A stretch of DNA of 64,000 bases from Candidatus Cryptobacteroides sp. (GTDB taxonomy: Bacteria > Bacteroidota > Bacteroidia > Bacteroidales > UBA932): contig JBJEBN010000115.1 in NCBI GenBank assembly GCA_051870095.1, positions 10,000-73,999 of the forward strand. Reading direction: 5' to 3'. The notes beneath the pieces were generated by a model, which did no database searches, was not told where the DNA came from, and saw only the letters and a program-made list of their open reading frames with translations. Within the stretch, counting starts at the first letter, position 1. Each line of letters opens with the position of its first letter. Of the stretch, positions 39,217-49,536 are shown piece after piece. Position numbers and translations under genes: made by a program.

Positions 39217-41526
39217 ATGAAGGAAAGCAACCTTGTCATAGTCGAGTCTCCGGCAAAAGCCGGAACAATCCAGAAATTTCTTGGAAAGGAATTCACCGTC
39301 AAATCCAGCTTCGGACATATCCGCGACCTGCAGGAAAGCGGACTGAGCATCGATGTGGAGCATGGATTCAAGCCGGAATATGTAATTCCTTCCGACAAGA
39401 AAAAAGTAGTGTCCGAATTGAAGAAAGCGGCCAGGGAGGCATCAGTCGTATGGCTCGCATCCGATGAAGACCGTGAGGGAGAAGCCATTTCATGGCATCT
39501 GTACGAGACGCTCGGCCTGAAGAAGGAGAACACAAGGAGGATTGTTTTCCATGAAATCACCAAATCGGCGATTCTTCATGCCGTGGAGAACCCTCGCGAC
39601 ATAGACATGAACCTGGTCGATGCCCAGCAGGCACGCCGGGTGCTGGACAGGCTCGTTGGTTTCGAACTCTCTCCCGTGCTCTGGAGGAAAATCCAGCCCA
39701 AACTCTCTGCCGGAAGGGTCCAGTCTGTGGCCCTGAGGCTCATAGTTGACAAGGAAAGGGAAATCCAGGCCTTCAACAGCGAACCATATTACAAGGTAGA
39801 GGCATTCTTCCACCCGGAAGGAACTGCATCAAAAACAATCGTGAAGGCATCCCTGGACAGGAGATTCAATGACATTGATTCAGCCAGGGAATTCCTCGAA
39901 AGGTGCATCGGAGCACAATTCAAGGTGGCAAGCGTAGACAAGAAGGAAGGCAACCGCTTCCCTGCGGCTCCGTTCACCACATCCACCCTCCAGCAGGAAG
40001 CTGCAAGAAAGCTCAGACTTTCAGTCAGCCAGACCATGAGCATTGCCCAGAAGCTCTACGAAAGCGGTCTCATAACCTATATGCGTACCGACTCGACCAA
40101 CCTTTCCACCCTTGCCATAAATACAGCCAAGAAATTCATCTGCGACAACTTCGGGGACGAATATTCAAAGGTAAGGCAGTACAAGACCAAGACAAAGGGA
40201 GCCCAGGAAGCACACGAAGCCATAAGACCTACATACATAGAGAACACTTCCATCGAGGGTACCCCTCAGGAAAAGAAGCTGTACGAGCTAATCTGGAAAC
40301 GCACCGTAGCATCCCAGATGGCAGATGCCCGCGTTCTCCGCACCGACCTGAAGATCGGCTTTGACAAAGGTGAGGAGAAATTCTGCGTACAGGCAACCGA
40401 AGTCCTCTTCGACGGATTCCTCAAGCTCTATATAGAAAGTTCTGACGAACCTCAGCAGGACGAAGACATGGTGATACTCCCTGAGATGAACATAGGATGC
40501 ATGATGTATGAGCAGGGAATCAACGCCGAGTGCAAGTTCACGGCAGCCCCTTCAAGATACACCGAGGCATCCCTCATCAAGAAACTTGAAGAGCTTGAAA
40601 TCGGACGTCCGTCAACATACGCATCGACGATTACCACCCTCACCAAGGCAAGAGGCTATGTGGTGAAAGGAGACAAGCCGGGCGAGAAGCATCAGGTCAC
40701 GAATCTGTCCCTGAAGGATGGCAGGATTGCATCGGCATCAAAGACCGAGACCGTAGGAGCAGAAAAGGGAAGACTCCTTCCACAGGATATCGGAATGATT
40801 GTAACTGACTATCTGTCAAAGAATTTCCCCACAATCCTCGATTACGGATTCACCGCCGGAGTGGAGGAGGATTTCGACAAGATTGCCAAGGGTGAACTTG
40901 TATGGAACAGCGTTATAACCGATTTCTACGGCCCGTTCCACGAAAAGGTGGAAGAAACCCTTCACAACAAGGAGTACAGCCATGTAAGCAGGGAAATCGG
41001 CATTGACCCCAAGGACGGACAAATGCTTGTAGCCCGTTTCGGACAATATGGCCCATATGTACAGAAGGGTGACGGAGAACAGAAGCAATATGCGAGCCTC
41101 GCCCCCGGACAGCTTATCGAGACCATAACGCTTGAAGAAGCCTTGAAGCTGTTCGAACTTCCACGCAATGTCGGCAGCCACAACGGAATAGACATAATCT
41201 GCACCAAAGGCAGGTTCGGACCTTACATCAAATACGGAGACAAGAATGTATCGCTCCCGAGAGGCACCGATCCTCTGAAAGTGGACCTTGACACCTGCAT
41301 AAGACTGATTGAAGAAAGCCTCAACAAGAAAAAGGGAGGCATAATTGCAGAGTTCAAGGAAAGCGACATACAGGTAATCGACGGAAATTACGGACCTTAC
41401 ATCAAGCACGCAGGAGGAAACTACCGTATTCCGAAAGGCACGGATGCGGCTTCGCTGACAGAAGAAAGATGCAAGGAGATAATCGCAGGTTCAGAACCTA
41501 CAGGACGAAAGAGAAAGAGCAGATAA
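39217..41526 (+). CDS. topA: DNA topoisomerase I with C-terminal repeats
   Basis: IVESPAKA, ASDEDREGE, LSAGRVQS, ITYMRTDS (catalytic Tyr), QEAHEAIRP, GIGRPSTY-like EIGRPSTY, three G.FGPY repeats. Confidence 0.97.
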   Translation: MKESNLVIVESPAKAGTIQKFLGKEFTVKSSFGHIRDLQESGLSIDVEHGFKPEYVIPSDKKKVVSELKKAAREASVVWLASDEDREGEAISWHLYETLGLKKENTRRIVFHEITKSAILHAVENPRDIDMNLVDAQQARRVLDRLVGFELSPVLWRKIQPKLSAGRVQSVALRLIVDKEREIQAFNSEPYYKVEAFFHPEGTASKTIVKASLDRRFNDIDSAREFLERCIGAQFKVASVDKKEGNRFPAAPFTTSTLQQEAARKLRLSVSQTMSIAQKLYESGLITYMRTDSTNLSTLAINTAKKFICDNFGDEYSKVRQYKTKTKGAQEAHEAIRPTYIENTSIEGTPQEKKLYELIWKRTVASQMADARVLRTDLKIGFDKGEEKFCVQATEVLFDGFLKLYIESSDEPQQDEDMVILPEMNIGCMMYEQGINAECKFTAAPSRYTEASLIKKLEELEIGRPSTYASTITTLTKARGYVVKGDKPGEKHQVTNLSLKDGRIASASKTETVGAEKGRLLPQDIGMIVTDYLSKNFPTILDYGFTAGVEEDFDKIAKGELVWNSVITDFYGPFHEKVEETLHNKEYSHVSREIGIDPKDGQMLVARFGQYGPYVQKGDGEQKQYASLAPGQLIETITLEEALKLFELPRNVGSHNGIDIICTKGRFGPYIKYGDKNVSLPRGTDPLKVDLDTCIRLIEESLNKKKGGIIAEFKESDIQVIDGNYGPYIKHAGGNYRIPKGTDAASLTEERCKEIIAGSEPTGRKRKSR

Positions 41527-41617
41527 TCTTTCATTTTGTTATTTTCCGGTCTGATTTTTTGAAAAATGACATTTTATTTGTATTTTAGCACCAAATTTGT
41601 GAAAAATTGCAATAGCC

Positions 41618-42139
41618 ATGTCCACTTATCAGATCGATCACATCGACCAAAAGATTCTTTCATTCCTTGTCAAGAACGCAAGGATGCCATTCCTGGAGAT
41701 TGCAAGAGAATGTGGCGTCTCAGGAGCGGCAATTCACCAGAGGGTGAAGAGGCTTGAAGCCAACGGAGTGATCACCGGCTCGCGCCTCCTTGTCAAACCG
41801 CAGGCTCTCGGACTTAATGTCTGTGCGTTTGTAAGCGTATCCCTTTCGGAAGCAAACAAGTATCCGGAAGTAATCGAATCCCTGAAAAGGATTTCAGAAA
41901 TCGTTGAGTGTCACTTTGTTACAGGCAAGTACGCTCTTCTTATCAAATTGTTCTGCTTCGACCATGACCACCTCATGGAAATCCTTCTGAACACTATCCA
42001 GAAGATTCCGTATGTCCAGCAGACCGAAACCCAGATTTCTCTTGACCAGGCAATCGAGCGCCAGGTCTGGGTAAAGGATTACCAGAGCACAAGTTTTTCT
42101 GCCACAGTGAGGAAAAACAGGAAAGAGAACAAGGACTAA
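41618..42139 (+). CDS. Lrp/AsnC-family transcriptional regulator
   Basis: IDQKILSFLVKNARMPFLEIARECGVSGAAIHQRVKRL; ECHFVTGKY. Confidence 0.92.
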   Translation: MSTYQIDHIDQKILSFLVKNARMPFLEIARECGVSGAAIHQRVKRLEANGVITGSRLLVKPQALGLNVCAFVSVSLSEANKYPEVIESLKRISEIVECHFVTGKYALLIKLFCFDHDHLMEILLNTIQKIPYVQQTETQISLDQAIERQVWVKDYQSTSFSATVRKNRKENKD

Positions 42140-42849
42140 TCAGCAGAAGCCAGCACGGCCCGTGCGATTACAAGATCCTCGCGGGTGGTGATTTTGATAT
42201 TGAGCCTCTCCCCCATCGTGTAGGAGAGGCTTTTTCCGTATCTGTCGACAACAGACGCATCATCGGTGAAAGATGTGTCATACGGCTGGGAATAAGCTGA
42301 TTTCAATATCTCAGAGAGAAAAATCTGCGGAGTCTGGGCCCCGTAAAGCACAGACCTGTCGGCAGAAGCACCGGGCACAGCCTCAAGAATCTGCTTCCCG
42401 TCCGGACCGGGATGGCTCCGAAGCACTTTCAGCGTATCCACGCACGGCACTACGGGAATCAGGCCGTTGCAGTACTCCGCATCATCGAACATCCTCGCGA
42501 CTAGTTCCCTCGACACAAGTGGCCTCACTCCGTCATGGACTGCCACAAGAGCTCCTTCCGGGATGCGTTCGAGAGCGTTCCGGACGGAATGAAATCTCGT
42601 TATGCCTCCCGGAACGAGAATCTGGGGGCATATGAAATTATGCTCCAAACAATATGATTTCCAATAATCCACATAATCAGAAGAAAGGACGGTGACGACA
42701 GATATGCCGGGACAGGCATCCAGAAACACCTCTATGGTCCTCTGGAGTACGGCCTTCCCGTCAAGCATCAGGAATTGCTTGGGGAGCGGTCCCCCCATTC
42801 TCGTGCCGCTTCCTGCGGCCATCACTATCACATATCTTTTTCTTCCCAT
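42136..42849 (-). CDS. ispD: 2-C-methyl-D-erythritol 4-phosphate cytidylyltransferase
   Basis: MAAGSGTRMG..PKQF, TRFHSVRNAL, VHDGVRP, AQTPQ, TDDASV, NIKITTRED. Start revised from 42942. Confidence 0.92.
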   Translation of the reverse strand: MGRKRYVIVMAAGSGTRMGGPLPKQFLMLDGKAVLQRTIEVFLDACPGISVVTVLSSDYVDYWKSYCLEHNFICPQILVPGGITRFHSVRNALERIPEGALVAVHDGVRPLVSRELVARMFDDAEYCNGLIPVVPCVDTLKVLRSHPGPDGKQILEAVPGASADRSVLYGAQTPQIFLSEILKSAYSQPYDTSFTDDASVVDRYGKSLSYTMGERLNIKITTREDLVIARAVLASAD

Positions 42850-42939
42850 ATCAAGAAATGTTTCAAATTCGTCACATGAAACATGATGATCCTGTTTCGT
42901 TAATCTACGAGGACCTATCCCAGAATCAAAATCGATTCG

Positions 42940-42947
42940 CAAAGATA
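42940..42947 (-). promoter_or_regulatory. -7 box upstream of ispD
   Basis: Plus strand caaagata = TATCTTTG; a second candidate, caaattta, lies at 42965-42972. Confidence 0.45.
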
Positions 42948-43069
42948 AATCATAAAATATCAGGCAAATTTAGCAAAGTTGTAATTTATTTGAGAGTTTT
43001 TTTGTACTTTTACGGCTTGATTGATTATAAAGGAATATTAAGCAGAAATCAGAAGAATATAAGACAGAA

Positions 43070-44101
43070 ATGGGACTTTCATTCTTGACACAGGAGATTG
43101 CGATGGACCTCGGAACTGCGAACACGGTCATCTTCATGAACGACCAGATCGTTCTTGACGAACCGAGCATCGTGGCCATCGACAACAGCACAGGAAAGGC
43201 AATCGCCCTCGGACAGAAGGCAAAACTCATGCAGGAAAGAGAGAACCCGGGCATCAAGACCATCCGCCCTATGAAGGACGGAGTCATTGCGGACTTCAAC
43301 GCCGCAGAGATGATGATCCGCGGGTTCATCAAACAGGTGAACAGCAGGCGCAGGTCTCTGTTCTCACCGAACATAAAGATGGTCGTGGGCATCCCTTCCG
43401 GCAGTACGGAGGTGGAAATCAGGGCCGTACGCGACTCTTCAGAACATGCAGGAGGCCGTGACGTATATCTTATCTTCGAGCCTATGGCATCAGCCCTCGG
43501 AATAGGTCTCGACGTGGAGGCGCCAAAAGGCAACATGGTTGTGGACATAGGGGGCGGTACGACTGAAATAGCAGTGATCTCACTCGGTGGCATAGTGGTA
43601 CAGGACAGCATAAAGGTTGCAGGCGACGTGTTCACCAACGACATCCAGCAGTACCTGAAGCAGCAGCACAACATCAGGGTGGGCCAGATAACTGCTGAGA
43701 AAATCAAGATCGCAATCGGAGCAGTGCTTCCGGAGCTTGACGAAAATGAAATCGAGCCGGAGCCGTATGCAATCACAGGTCCGAACCAGATGACAGCACA
43801 TCCGGTACATGCAACGATTACATATCAGGAAATCGCCCACTGCCTCGACAAATCAGTGGCAAGAATCGAGAGCGGAATCCTGCATGTGCTCGAGCAGACT
43901 CCTCCGGAGCTATACTCCGACATCGTTGAGAACGGTATCTATCTTGCCGGAGGCGGTTCCCTCCTCAGAGGACTTGCAAAGCGTTTCACAGAGAAGGTGA
44001 ACATCCAGTTCCATGTGGCGGAAGACCCGCTCAGAGCTGTGGCAAGGGGTACCTGCCTCGCCCTCAAGAACACGGACAACTATTCATTCCTAATGAGATA
44101 G
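43070..44101 (+). CDS. mreB: Rod shape-determining protein MreB
   Basis: DLGTANT, EPMASA, VDIGGGTTE, LAGGGSLL. Confidence 0.96.
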   Translation: MGLSFLTQEIAMDLGTANTVIFMNDQIVLDEPSIVAIDNSTGKAIALGQKAKLMQERENPGIKTIRPMKDGVIADFNAAEMMIRGFIKQVNSRRRSLFSPNIKMVVGIPSGSTEVEIRAVRDSSEHAGGRDVYLIFEPMASALGIGLDVEAPKGNMVVDIGGGTTEIAVISLGGIVVQDSIKVAGDVFTNDIQQYLKQQHNIRVGQITAEKIKIAIGAVLPELDENEIEPEPYAITGPNQMTAHPVHATITYQEIAHCLDKSVARIESGILHVLEQTPPELYSDIVENGIYLAGGGSLLRGLAKRFTEKVNIQFHVAEDPLRAVARGTCLALKNTDNYSFLMR

Positions 44102-44105
44102 GACC

Positions 44106-44921
44106 TTGCGGGGGAACAATCTCATATCCTACATCATCAACGCAGCTATCTTCATAATCCTGGAGGTAGCTGCGCTCAATATGCTGCGTTACACAGGCAC
44201 CATGCAGAATATATGGTTCTCCAAGGCCTGTCATACGGTGATGGCCACGGTATGGGGAGGCACCCAGAACATAGCCCAGTATTTCTCGCTGCGCAAGACC
44301 AACGATGAACTTGCACAGGAGAATTTTGAGCTTAAAATCAGGCTCGCCCAGATGGATGAAGCCATTGCGGAGAGCATCTCTGAAAACCAGACATCCGACC
44401 TGGCCGGCAATTTCCGTTATATCCCGGCAACAATCGCCAAAATCAGCAACAACACGGAGCACAACTACATCATCATCAACAAAGGATCCGACGACGGCAT
44501 CAGGTCCGGATCAGGTATAATCACATGGAAGGGTGCCATAGGCATCATAGATGCCGTGGGCAGGAAATATTCTTACGCACGATCCTTCAAGAACCACGAG
44601 ATGAGCATCAGTACGAGGATTGGAAAGGAAGGAGCAGTGGGTCCGATGTCATGGGATGGATTCAGCAGCAACGGGGCTGTACTGAAGGAGATTCCTCACC
44701 ATGTCGAATTTGCCCCGGGTGACACGGTATATACGAGCGGATTTTCTTCTATATTCCCTGCAGGAATCCCGCTCGGCACGATAGGTGAAGCGAAAATTGT
44801 GAACGGCTCCACATACGAGATAAAAATATCCCTGTTCGAAGACTTTTCCGCAATAAGGTACATAACCGTCGTGGAAAACGATGGCAAGGAGGAAATCGAA
44901 AAATTGGAGGCGGAACAATGA
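44106..44921 (+). CDS. mreC: Rod shape-determining protein MreC
   Basis: TTG start; N-terminal TM, coiled coil, IIINKGSDDGI, GDTVYTSG, FPAGIPLG. Confidence 0.9.
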   Translation: MRGNNLISYIINAAIFIILEVAALNMLRYTGTMQNIWFSKACHTVMATVWGGTQNIAQYFSLRKTNDELAQENFELKIRLAQMDEAIAESISENQTSDLAGNFRYIPATIAKISNNTEHNYIIINKGSDDGIRSGSGIITWKGAIGIIDAVGRKYSYARSFKNHEMSISTRIGKEGAVGPMSWDGFSSNGAVLKEIPHHVEFAPGDTVYTSGFSSIFPAGIPLGTIGEAKIVNGSTYEIKISLFEDFSAIRYITVVENDGKEEIEKLEAEQ

Positions 44922-45433
44922 AGACAGGACAGAATTTCTGGTTGTTATACTCATTGCTGGCGATAGTTCAGACGGTCATCTGCAACTACCTCCAGTTCAA
45001 TCCGTATGCTGTCGTGACCATCCTGCCTGCAATGGTCTTCTGCATCCCCCTCCAGACCGGGACTTCCGCATGCATGATCATATCTTTTGTAACCGGGCTT
45101 GCGGTTGACTGGCTTTCCGAAGGCATAATCGGTCTCAACGCAGCCGCCATAGTTCCTGTCGCCCTTGCGAGGAAGCAGATGATCCGATCATTCCTCGGTG
45201 AAGACCTGATTGCCAGAAACGACAGCTTCACGTTCAGGAAGAACGGTTTCCAGAAAATCGCCATCGCGCTGCTCGTGGCAACAGCCTCATTCCTCGCCAT
45301 ATACATCATCCTTGACGGAGCCGGGACAAGACCAATCTGGTTCAGTCTTACAAGGTTCGGCATCTCATTGGCCATCAATATGATACTTGCCCTGATCATT
45401 ACAAGTCTGCTAACGCCTGAAGACAGGAAATAG
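44918..45433 (+). CDS. mreD: Rod shape-determining protein MreD
   Basis: Hydrophobic 171 aa with GLAVDWLS..IG motif, between mreC and mrdA. Confidence 0.8.
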   Translation: MKTGQNFWLLYSLLAIVQTVICNYLQFNPYAVVTILPAMVFCIPLQTGTSACMIISFVTGLAVDWLSEGIIGLNAAAIVPVALARKQMIRSFLGEDLIARNDSFTFRKNGFQKIAIALLVATASFLAIYIILDGAGTRPIWFSLTRFGISLAINMILALIITSLLTPEDRK

Positions 45434-45444
45434 GAGGGGTACCG

Positions 45445-47286
45445 ATGAAACTCAACAGGGAAAACAAGCTTCTCATAGGTCTTTGTACAGCAGCTTCAAT
45501 CCTGCTTGTGCGGCTTTTCATAATCCAAATTCTCGATGACGACTACAAGCTCAGCGCCGAGAACAACACGATGGTATATTCAATCATATACCCTACACGT
45601 GGCATCATCAACGACCGCAACGGCAACATCCTCGTAGGGAACAAGGTGGCTTACGACCTGCTTGTGACACCTAAGGAGGTGAAAGAGTTCGACACGCTCG
45701 CCCTCGCTTCCGTGCTGGATGTCCGGCCTGAATTCATACATGACAAGATGGCTGAATTCAGGAAAAACCGCAGGCGAATCGGATGGCAGACCGTGGTGAT
45801 GATCAAGCAGATGCCCCAGGAGCAGTACATGAAATTTGCTGAGGTCGCATACAAGTTCCCGGGATTCAGGGGACAGGCCAGAAGCGTGAGGGAATATCCA
45901 TACAACGCAGGAGGAAACCTGCTCGGCTATGTTTCCGAAGTGGATGCAAGATATCTGGAGAAACATCCTGACGAGTACAAATCAGGAGACTACGCAGGCA
46001 TGACCGGCATCGAGGCGGCACGCGAGAAGGAACTGCGCGGAGAGAAAGGCTACAACATCTGGCTCCGCAACTCCAAGAACAAGATTGAATCAAGATACAA
46101 GGACGGAGAGATGGACAAGGAGGCCGTTCCCGGCAAGGATGTGACGACCACGATTGACGCCGAGCTCCAGAACTACGGGCAGAGACTCATGAAGAACAAG
46201 GTTGGGAGCCTCGTCGCCATAGAACCGTCCACCGGAGAAATCCTCACAATGGTTTCAAGCCCCGGCATCGATGTGGACATGCTCGCAGACATCGGCAAGC
46301 ACTACAACGAGATTCTTTCAGACCCTTACAAGCCTATGTTCAACAGGGCCGTCCAGGCTCCATATCCTCCAGGATCCGTATTCAAGCTAGTAAACGGACT
46401 CATAGGCCTTCAGGAAGGGGTACTGGTGCCATCCACTTCATATCCATGCAACATGGGATACCATTTCGGAAAGAACAAGCTCGGATGCCATGCCCACAAA
46501 TCACCGCTGAATCTCGAAGAATCCATAATGATGTCATGCAATGCTTATTACTGCTATGTACTGCGCGACCTGCTGGAAAACAAGGACTTCGCATCCATCG
46601 ACGACGCCATGGACTACTGGAACAAGGCAGTCCGGAGCTTCGGTTTCGGAGAAAAGCTCGGAAGTGACTTCCCTTCGGAGCTCGGAGGATTCATACCTGA
46701 TTCCAAATATTACAACAAGGTTTACGGAAAAGGCGGATGGAAGGCCACGACGGTAATATCCCTGTCAATCGGACAGGGAGAAATCGGCTGCACACCTCTC
46801 CATCTGGCAAACATGTGTGCAACCATAGCCAACAGGGGATTCTACTACATACCGCATATCATAAAGGACTCCGAAGGCATCACCATCGACCCGAAATACA
46901 AGGAAAGACATTACACCGTAGTTGACACCCTGCATTTCCCCAAGGTCATCGGAGGAATGTACAGGGCGGTCAACAGCGGCTATGGTTCAGGCGGTACGGC
47001 AAGCGTAGCCGCGGTCAAGGGCCTGGAAATATGCGGCAAGACAGGAACGGCGCAGAACCCTCACGGGCACGACCACTCGGTGTTCATCTGCTTCGCCCCT
47101 AAGGACGATCCCAAGATTGCTGTGGCCGCTTATGTGGAAAACGGCGGATTCGGAGCCACATGGGCTGCACCGATTGCATCGCTGCTTACGGAAATGTATC
47201 TTAACCGCGAAATAAGTCCGGAAAGGAAAGCTCTCGAGACAAGGATACTCGAAGGGGACCTTATGGACAGGGTAAAAGTCAAATAG
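45445..47286 (+). CDS. mrdA: Penicillin-binding protein 2
   Basis: PTRGII.DRNG, PPGSVFK (SxxK), SCN (SxN), GKTGTAQ (KTG). Confidence 0.93.
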   Translation: MKLNRENKLLIGLCTAASILLVRLFIIQILDDDYKLSAENNTMVYSIIYPTRGIINDRNGNILVGNKVAYDLLVTPKEVKEFDTLALASVLDVRPEFIHDKMAEFRKNRRRIGWQTVVMIKQMPQEQYMKFAEVAYKFPGFRGQARSVREYPYNAGGNLLGYVSEVDARYLEKHPDEYKSGDYAGMTGIEAAREKELRGEKGYNIWLRNSKNKIESRYKDGEMDKEAVPGKDVTTTIDAELQNYGQRLMKNKVGSLVAIEPSTGEILTMVSSPGIDVDMLADIGKHYNEILSDPYKPMFNRAVQAPYPPGSVFKLVNGLIGLQEGVLVPSTSYPCNMGYHFGKNKLGCHAHKSPLNLEESIMMSCNAYYCYVLRDLLENKDFASIDDAMDYWNKAVRSFGFGEKLGSDFPSELGGFIPDSKYYNKVYGKGGWKATTVISLSIGQGEIGCTPLHLANMCATIANRGFYYIPHIIKDSEGITIDPKYKERHYTVVDTLHFPKVIGGMYRAVNSGYGSGGTASVAAVKGLEICGKTGTAQNPHGHDHSVFICFAPKDDPKIAVAAYVENGGFGATWAAPIASLLTEMYLNREISPERKALETRILEGDLMDRVKVK

Positions 47287-47288
47287 AA

Positions 47289-48797
47289 ATGAGGGATAAC
47301 GGAGGAAACAGAGGAAGGGGTCTTGCAAAGACCATAGACTGGAAGCTTGTAATATGTTATCTGATAATGGTTTTTATCGGATGGGCCAACATATATGCTT
47401 CAGTCCATGCGACTGAACCGACATCAATATTTGACTTCAGCAGCCGTAGCGGAAAGCAGTTCGTGTGGATGATTACGGCTTTCGCAATAGCCGCCGTCAT
47501 CCTCTTCGTCATAAACCCCAGGGTATATGAAGGGCTTTCCCTGCCGATTTATCTGGCGACAATAGCGCTTCTTGTCGCAGTGATATTCCTCGGAATAGAG
47601 GTAAAGGGCTCTCGGTCGTGGTTTGCTCTGGGTCCTGTCAGACTGCAACCTGCCGAAATATCAAAGATTTCCACATCCCTGCTGCTTGCTACGGTCATGA
47701 GTCAGTTGGGTTACAAGATAAGCAAGGCCAAAGACTTCATCCTTACAGCACTGATAATCCTTGTCCCGATGGCCATCATCGTGTTGCAAAGCGAGACAGG
47801 ATCCGCACTGGTCTATGTGGGATTCATTTTCATGCTATACCGCGAAGGCCTGTCAGGATGGCTCATCTTCCTCGTCGGTATGGCTATCCTGTCATTCATC
47901 CTCACCCTTGCAGCCTCGCCATACATTGCTCTTCTGGTGCTTGTCGGAGTGGCCTCCATGTGCATCTGCCTTTATTCCGGGAGGTTCAAATGGTGGGTAT
48001 TCATAGGCATACCTTTGATCGTCCTGTTCTCATTCCTTCCTATGGGAATGACAGCACTTGCGTTGAAAATCACCGGATTTGCGACAGCCGCAGAAGCCAT
48101 GGAAGCGGGAGCGGAAAGCGTACCCCTGATATTCAAGTTCAAGCCTTTCTATATACTTCTCGGAATCACGATTCTTTCATTCCCGATAGTTATTTACAGC
48201 GCCTTCCGGGAACGCAACAAATTCACATATCTGGCTTTGCTGTCACTTGTTGGCGGCATCCTGCTTGTCTTTTCAGCAGATTTCCTGTTCAATGACGTGC
48301 TTCAGGACCATCAGCGCAAGCGTATCGAAGTGCTCCTCGGGATGAAAGAAGACCCTACAGGAGTGGGATACAATGTAAACCAGTCCATGATTGCAATCGG
48401 TTCAGGAGGACTCACCGGCAAGGGATACCTCAACGGCACCCAGACCACATACGGATTCGTGCCGGAGCAGAGCACAGACTTCATTTTCTGCACAATAGGT
48501 GAGGAATGGGGATTTATCGGGTCAGCCATCGTGATTCTGCTGTATGTATTCCTGATTTGGAGGATAATAGCAGATGCAGAAAGGAGCAGGGAGGCTTTTA
48601 CGAGAATCTATGGTTACTGCGTGGCCTGCTGCATCTTCATGCACCTGTTCATAAACATAGGAATGACTATAGGGCTGATGCCGGTCATCGGAATCCCGTT
48701 GCCGTTCATCAGCTATGGAGGTTCGTCCCTCTGGGCCTTCACGACGATGCTTTTCATATTCATCGCCCTGGACAGGAACGAGAAGAAATATTTTTAG
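47289..48797 (+). CDS. rodA: Rod shape-determining protein RodA (SEDS)
   Basis: GSRSWF, QPAEISK, GYNVNQSMIAIGSGG, VPEQSTDFIF, GIPLPFISYGGSS. Confidence 0.94.
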   Translation: MRDNGGNRGRGLAKTIDWKLVICYLIMVFIGWANIYASVHATEPTSIFDFSSRSGKQFVWMITAFAIAAVILFVINPRVYEGLSLPIYLATIALLVAVIFLGIEVKGSRSWFALGPVRLQPAEISKISTSLLLATVMSQLGYKISKAKDFILTALIILVPMAIIVLQSETGSALVYVGFIFMLYREGLSGWLIFLVGMAILSFILTLAASPYIALLVLVGVASMCICLYSGRFKWWVFIGIPLIVLFSFLPMGMTALALKITGFATAAEAMEAGAESVPLIFKFKPFYILLGITILSFPIVIYSAFRERNKFTYLALLSLVGGILLVFSADFLFNDVLQDHQRKRIEVLLGMKEDPTGVGYNVNQSMIAIGSGGLTGKGYLNGTQTTYGFVPEQSTDFIFCTIGEEWGFIGSAIVILLYVFLIWRIIADAERSREAFTRIYGYCVACCIFMHLFINIGMTIGLMPVIGIPLPFISYGGSSLWAFTTMLFIFIALDRNEKKYF

Positions 48798-49498
48798 TTC
48801 TTCAGATAATAGGTGATCGAGGAAACCACGCGTACACGCTTGATATAAGGTGTGTTGCTGTCGCGGTTCTCGATGGTGAACGTGCCCTGGCTGGCTGTCT
48901 TGATTTTGCCCAGACGGCTGTTGGAGTCCTTCGCGAACTTCTGGGCAGCCTCGCGGGCATTTCGGGTTGCCTCCTCTATCATCTCAGGCTTGATATCGTT
49001 CAGTCCTTCATATTTGAACTCTATCTGATTGTCCCAGTTGTTTCCGAGGACAACAAGACCGCTTTTGAGAAGCTCCGGCTGTCTTTCCATCAGGGCGAGG
49101 ACTTCGTCAACCTTTGAAGAGCAGACCGTTATTACATTGGTCGCTATGAACCTGAATGCCCTGTCGTTGTTGCCGTACTCGTTGGCATACTTGTCAGAGA
49201 TTACAGGTACCGACACTGTTATCTCCTCATCTGAAATGCCTCCTGATTTGAGGAAAGCCACGATTGTGCCGTTGTTCCTGTCCGTCTGGTCATATATGGA
49301 CTGTACATTGTCAGCCATCACCTTGTACATGACAGGCCAAATCACCTTGTCGGCCTTGACTTCCTTCTCGCAAAGCCCTTTTACATTGACGGTACGGTCA
49401 TAAGAACGGTATTCATCAACTGCCTTGGGAATCATGGTCCCGAGGACTATCAGGCCGAGCATGATTGCCAGGCCGCTGTAAATTCTTGATTTATCCAT
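48794..49498 (-). CDS. SIMPL-domain (YggE-like) protein
   Basis: N-terminal TM, RTVNVKGLCEKEVKAD, KPEMIEEATRNAR..A..FA, KRVRVVS. Start revised from 49516. Confidence 0.82.
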   Translation of the reverse strand: MDKSRIYSGLAIMLGLIVLGTMIPKAVDEYRSYDRTVNVKGLCEKEVKADKVIWPVMYKVMADNVQSIYDQTDRNNGTIVAFLKSGGISDEEITVSVPVISDKYANEYGNNDRAFRFIATNVITVCSSKVDEVLALMERQPELLKSGLVVLGNNWDNQIEFKYEGLNDIKPEMIEEATRNAREAAQKFAKDSNSRLGKIKTASQGTFTIENRDSNTPYIKRVRVVSSITYYLKN

Positions 49499-49536
49499 AG
49501 TTGTTCTGTTTTGCATCTGTAAGAAAATAATATCCG

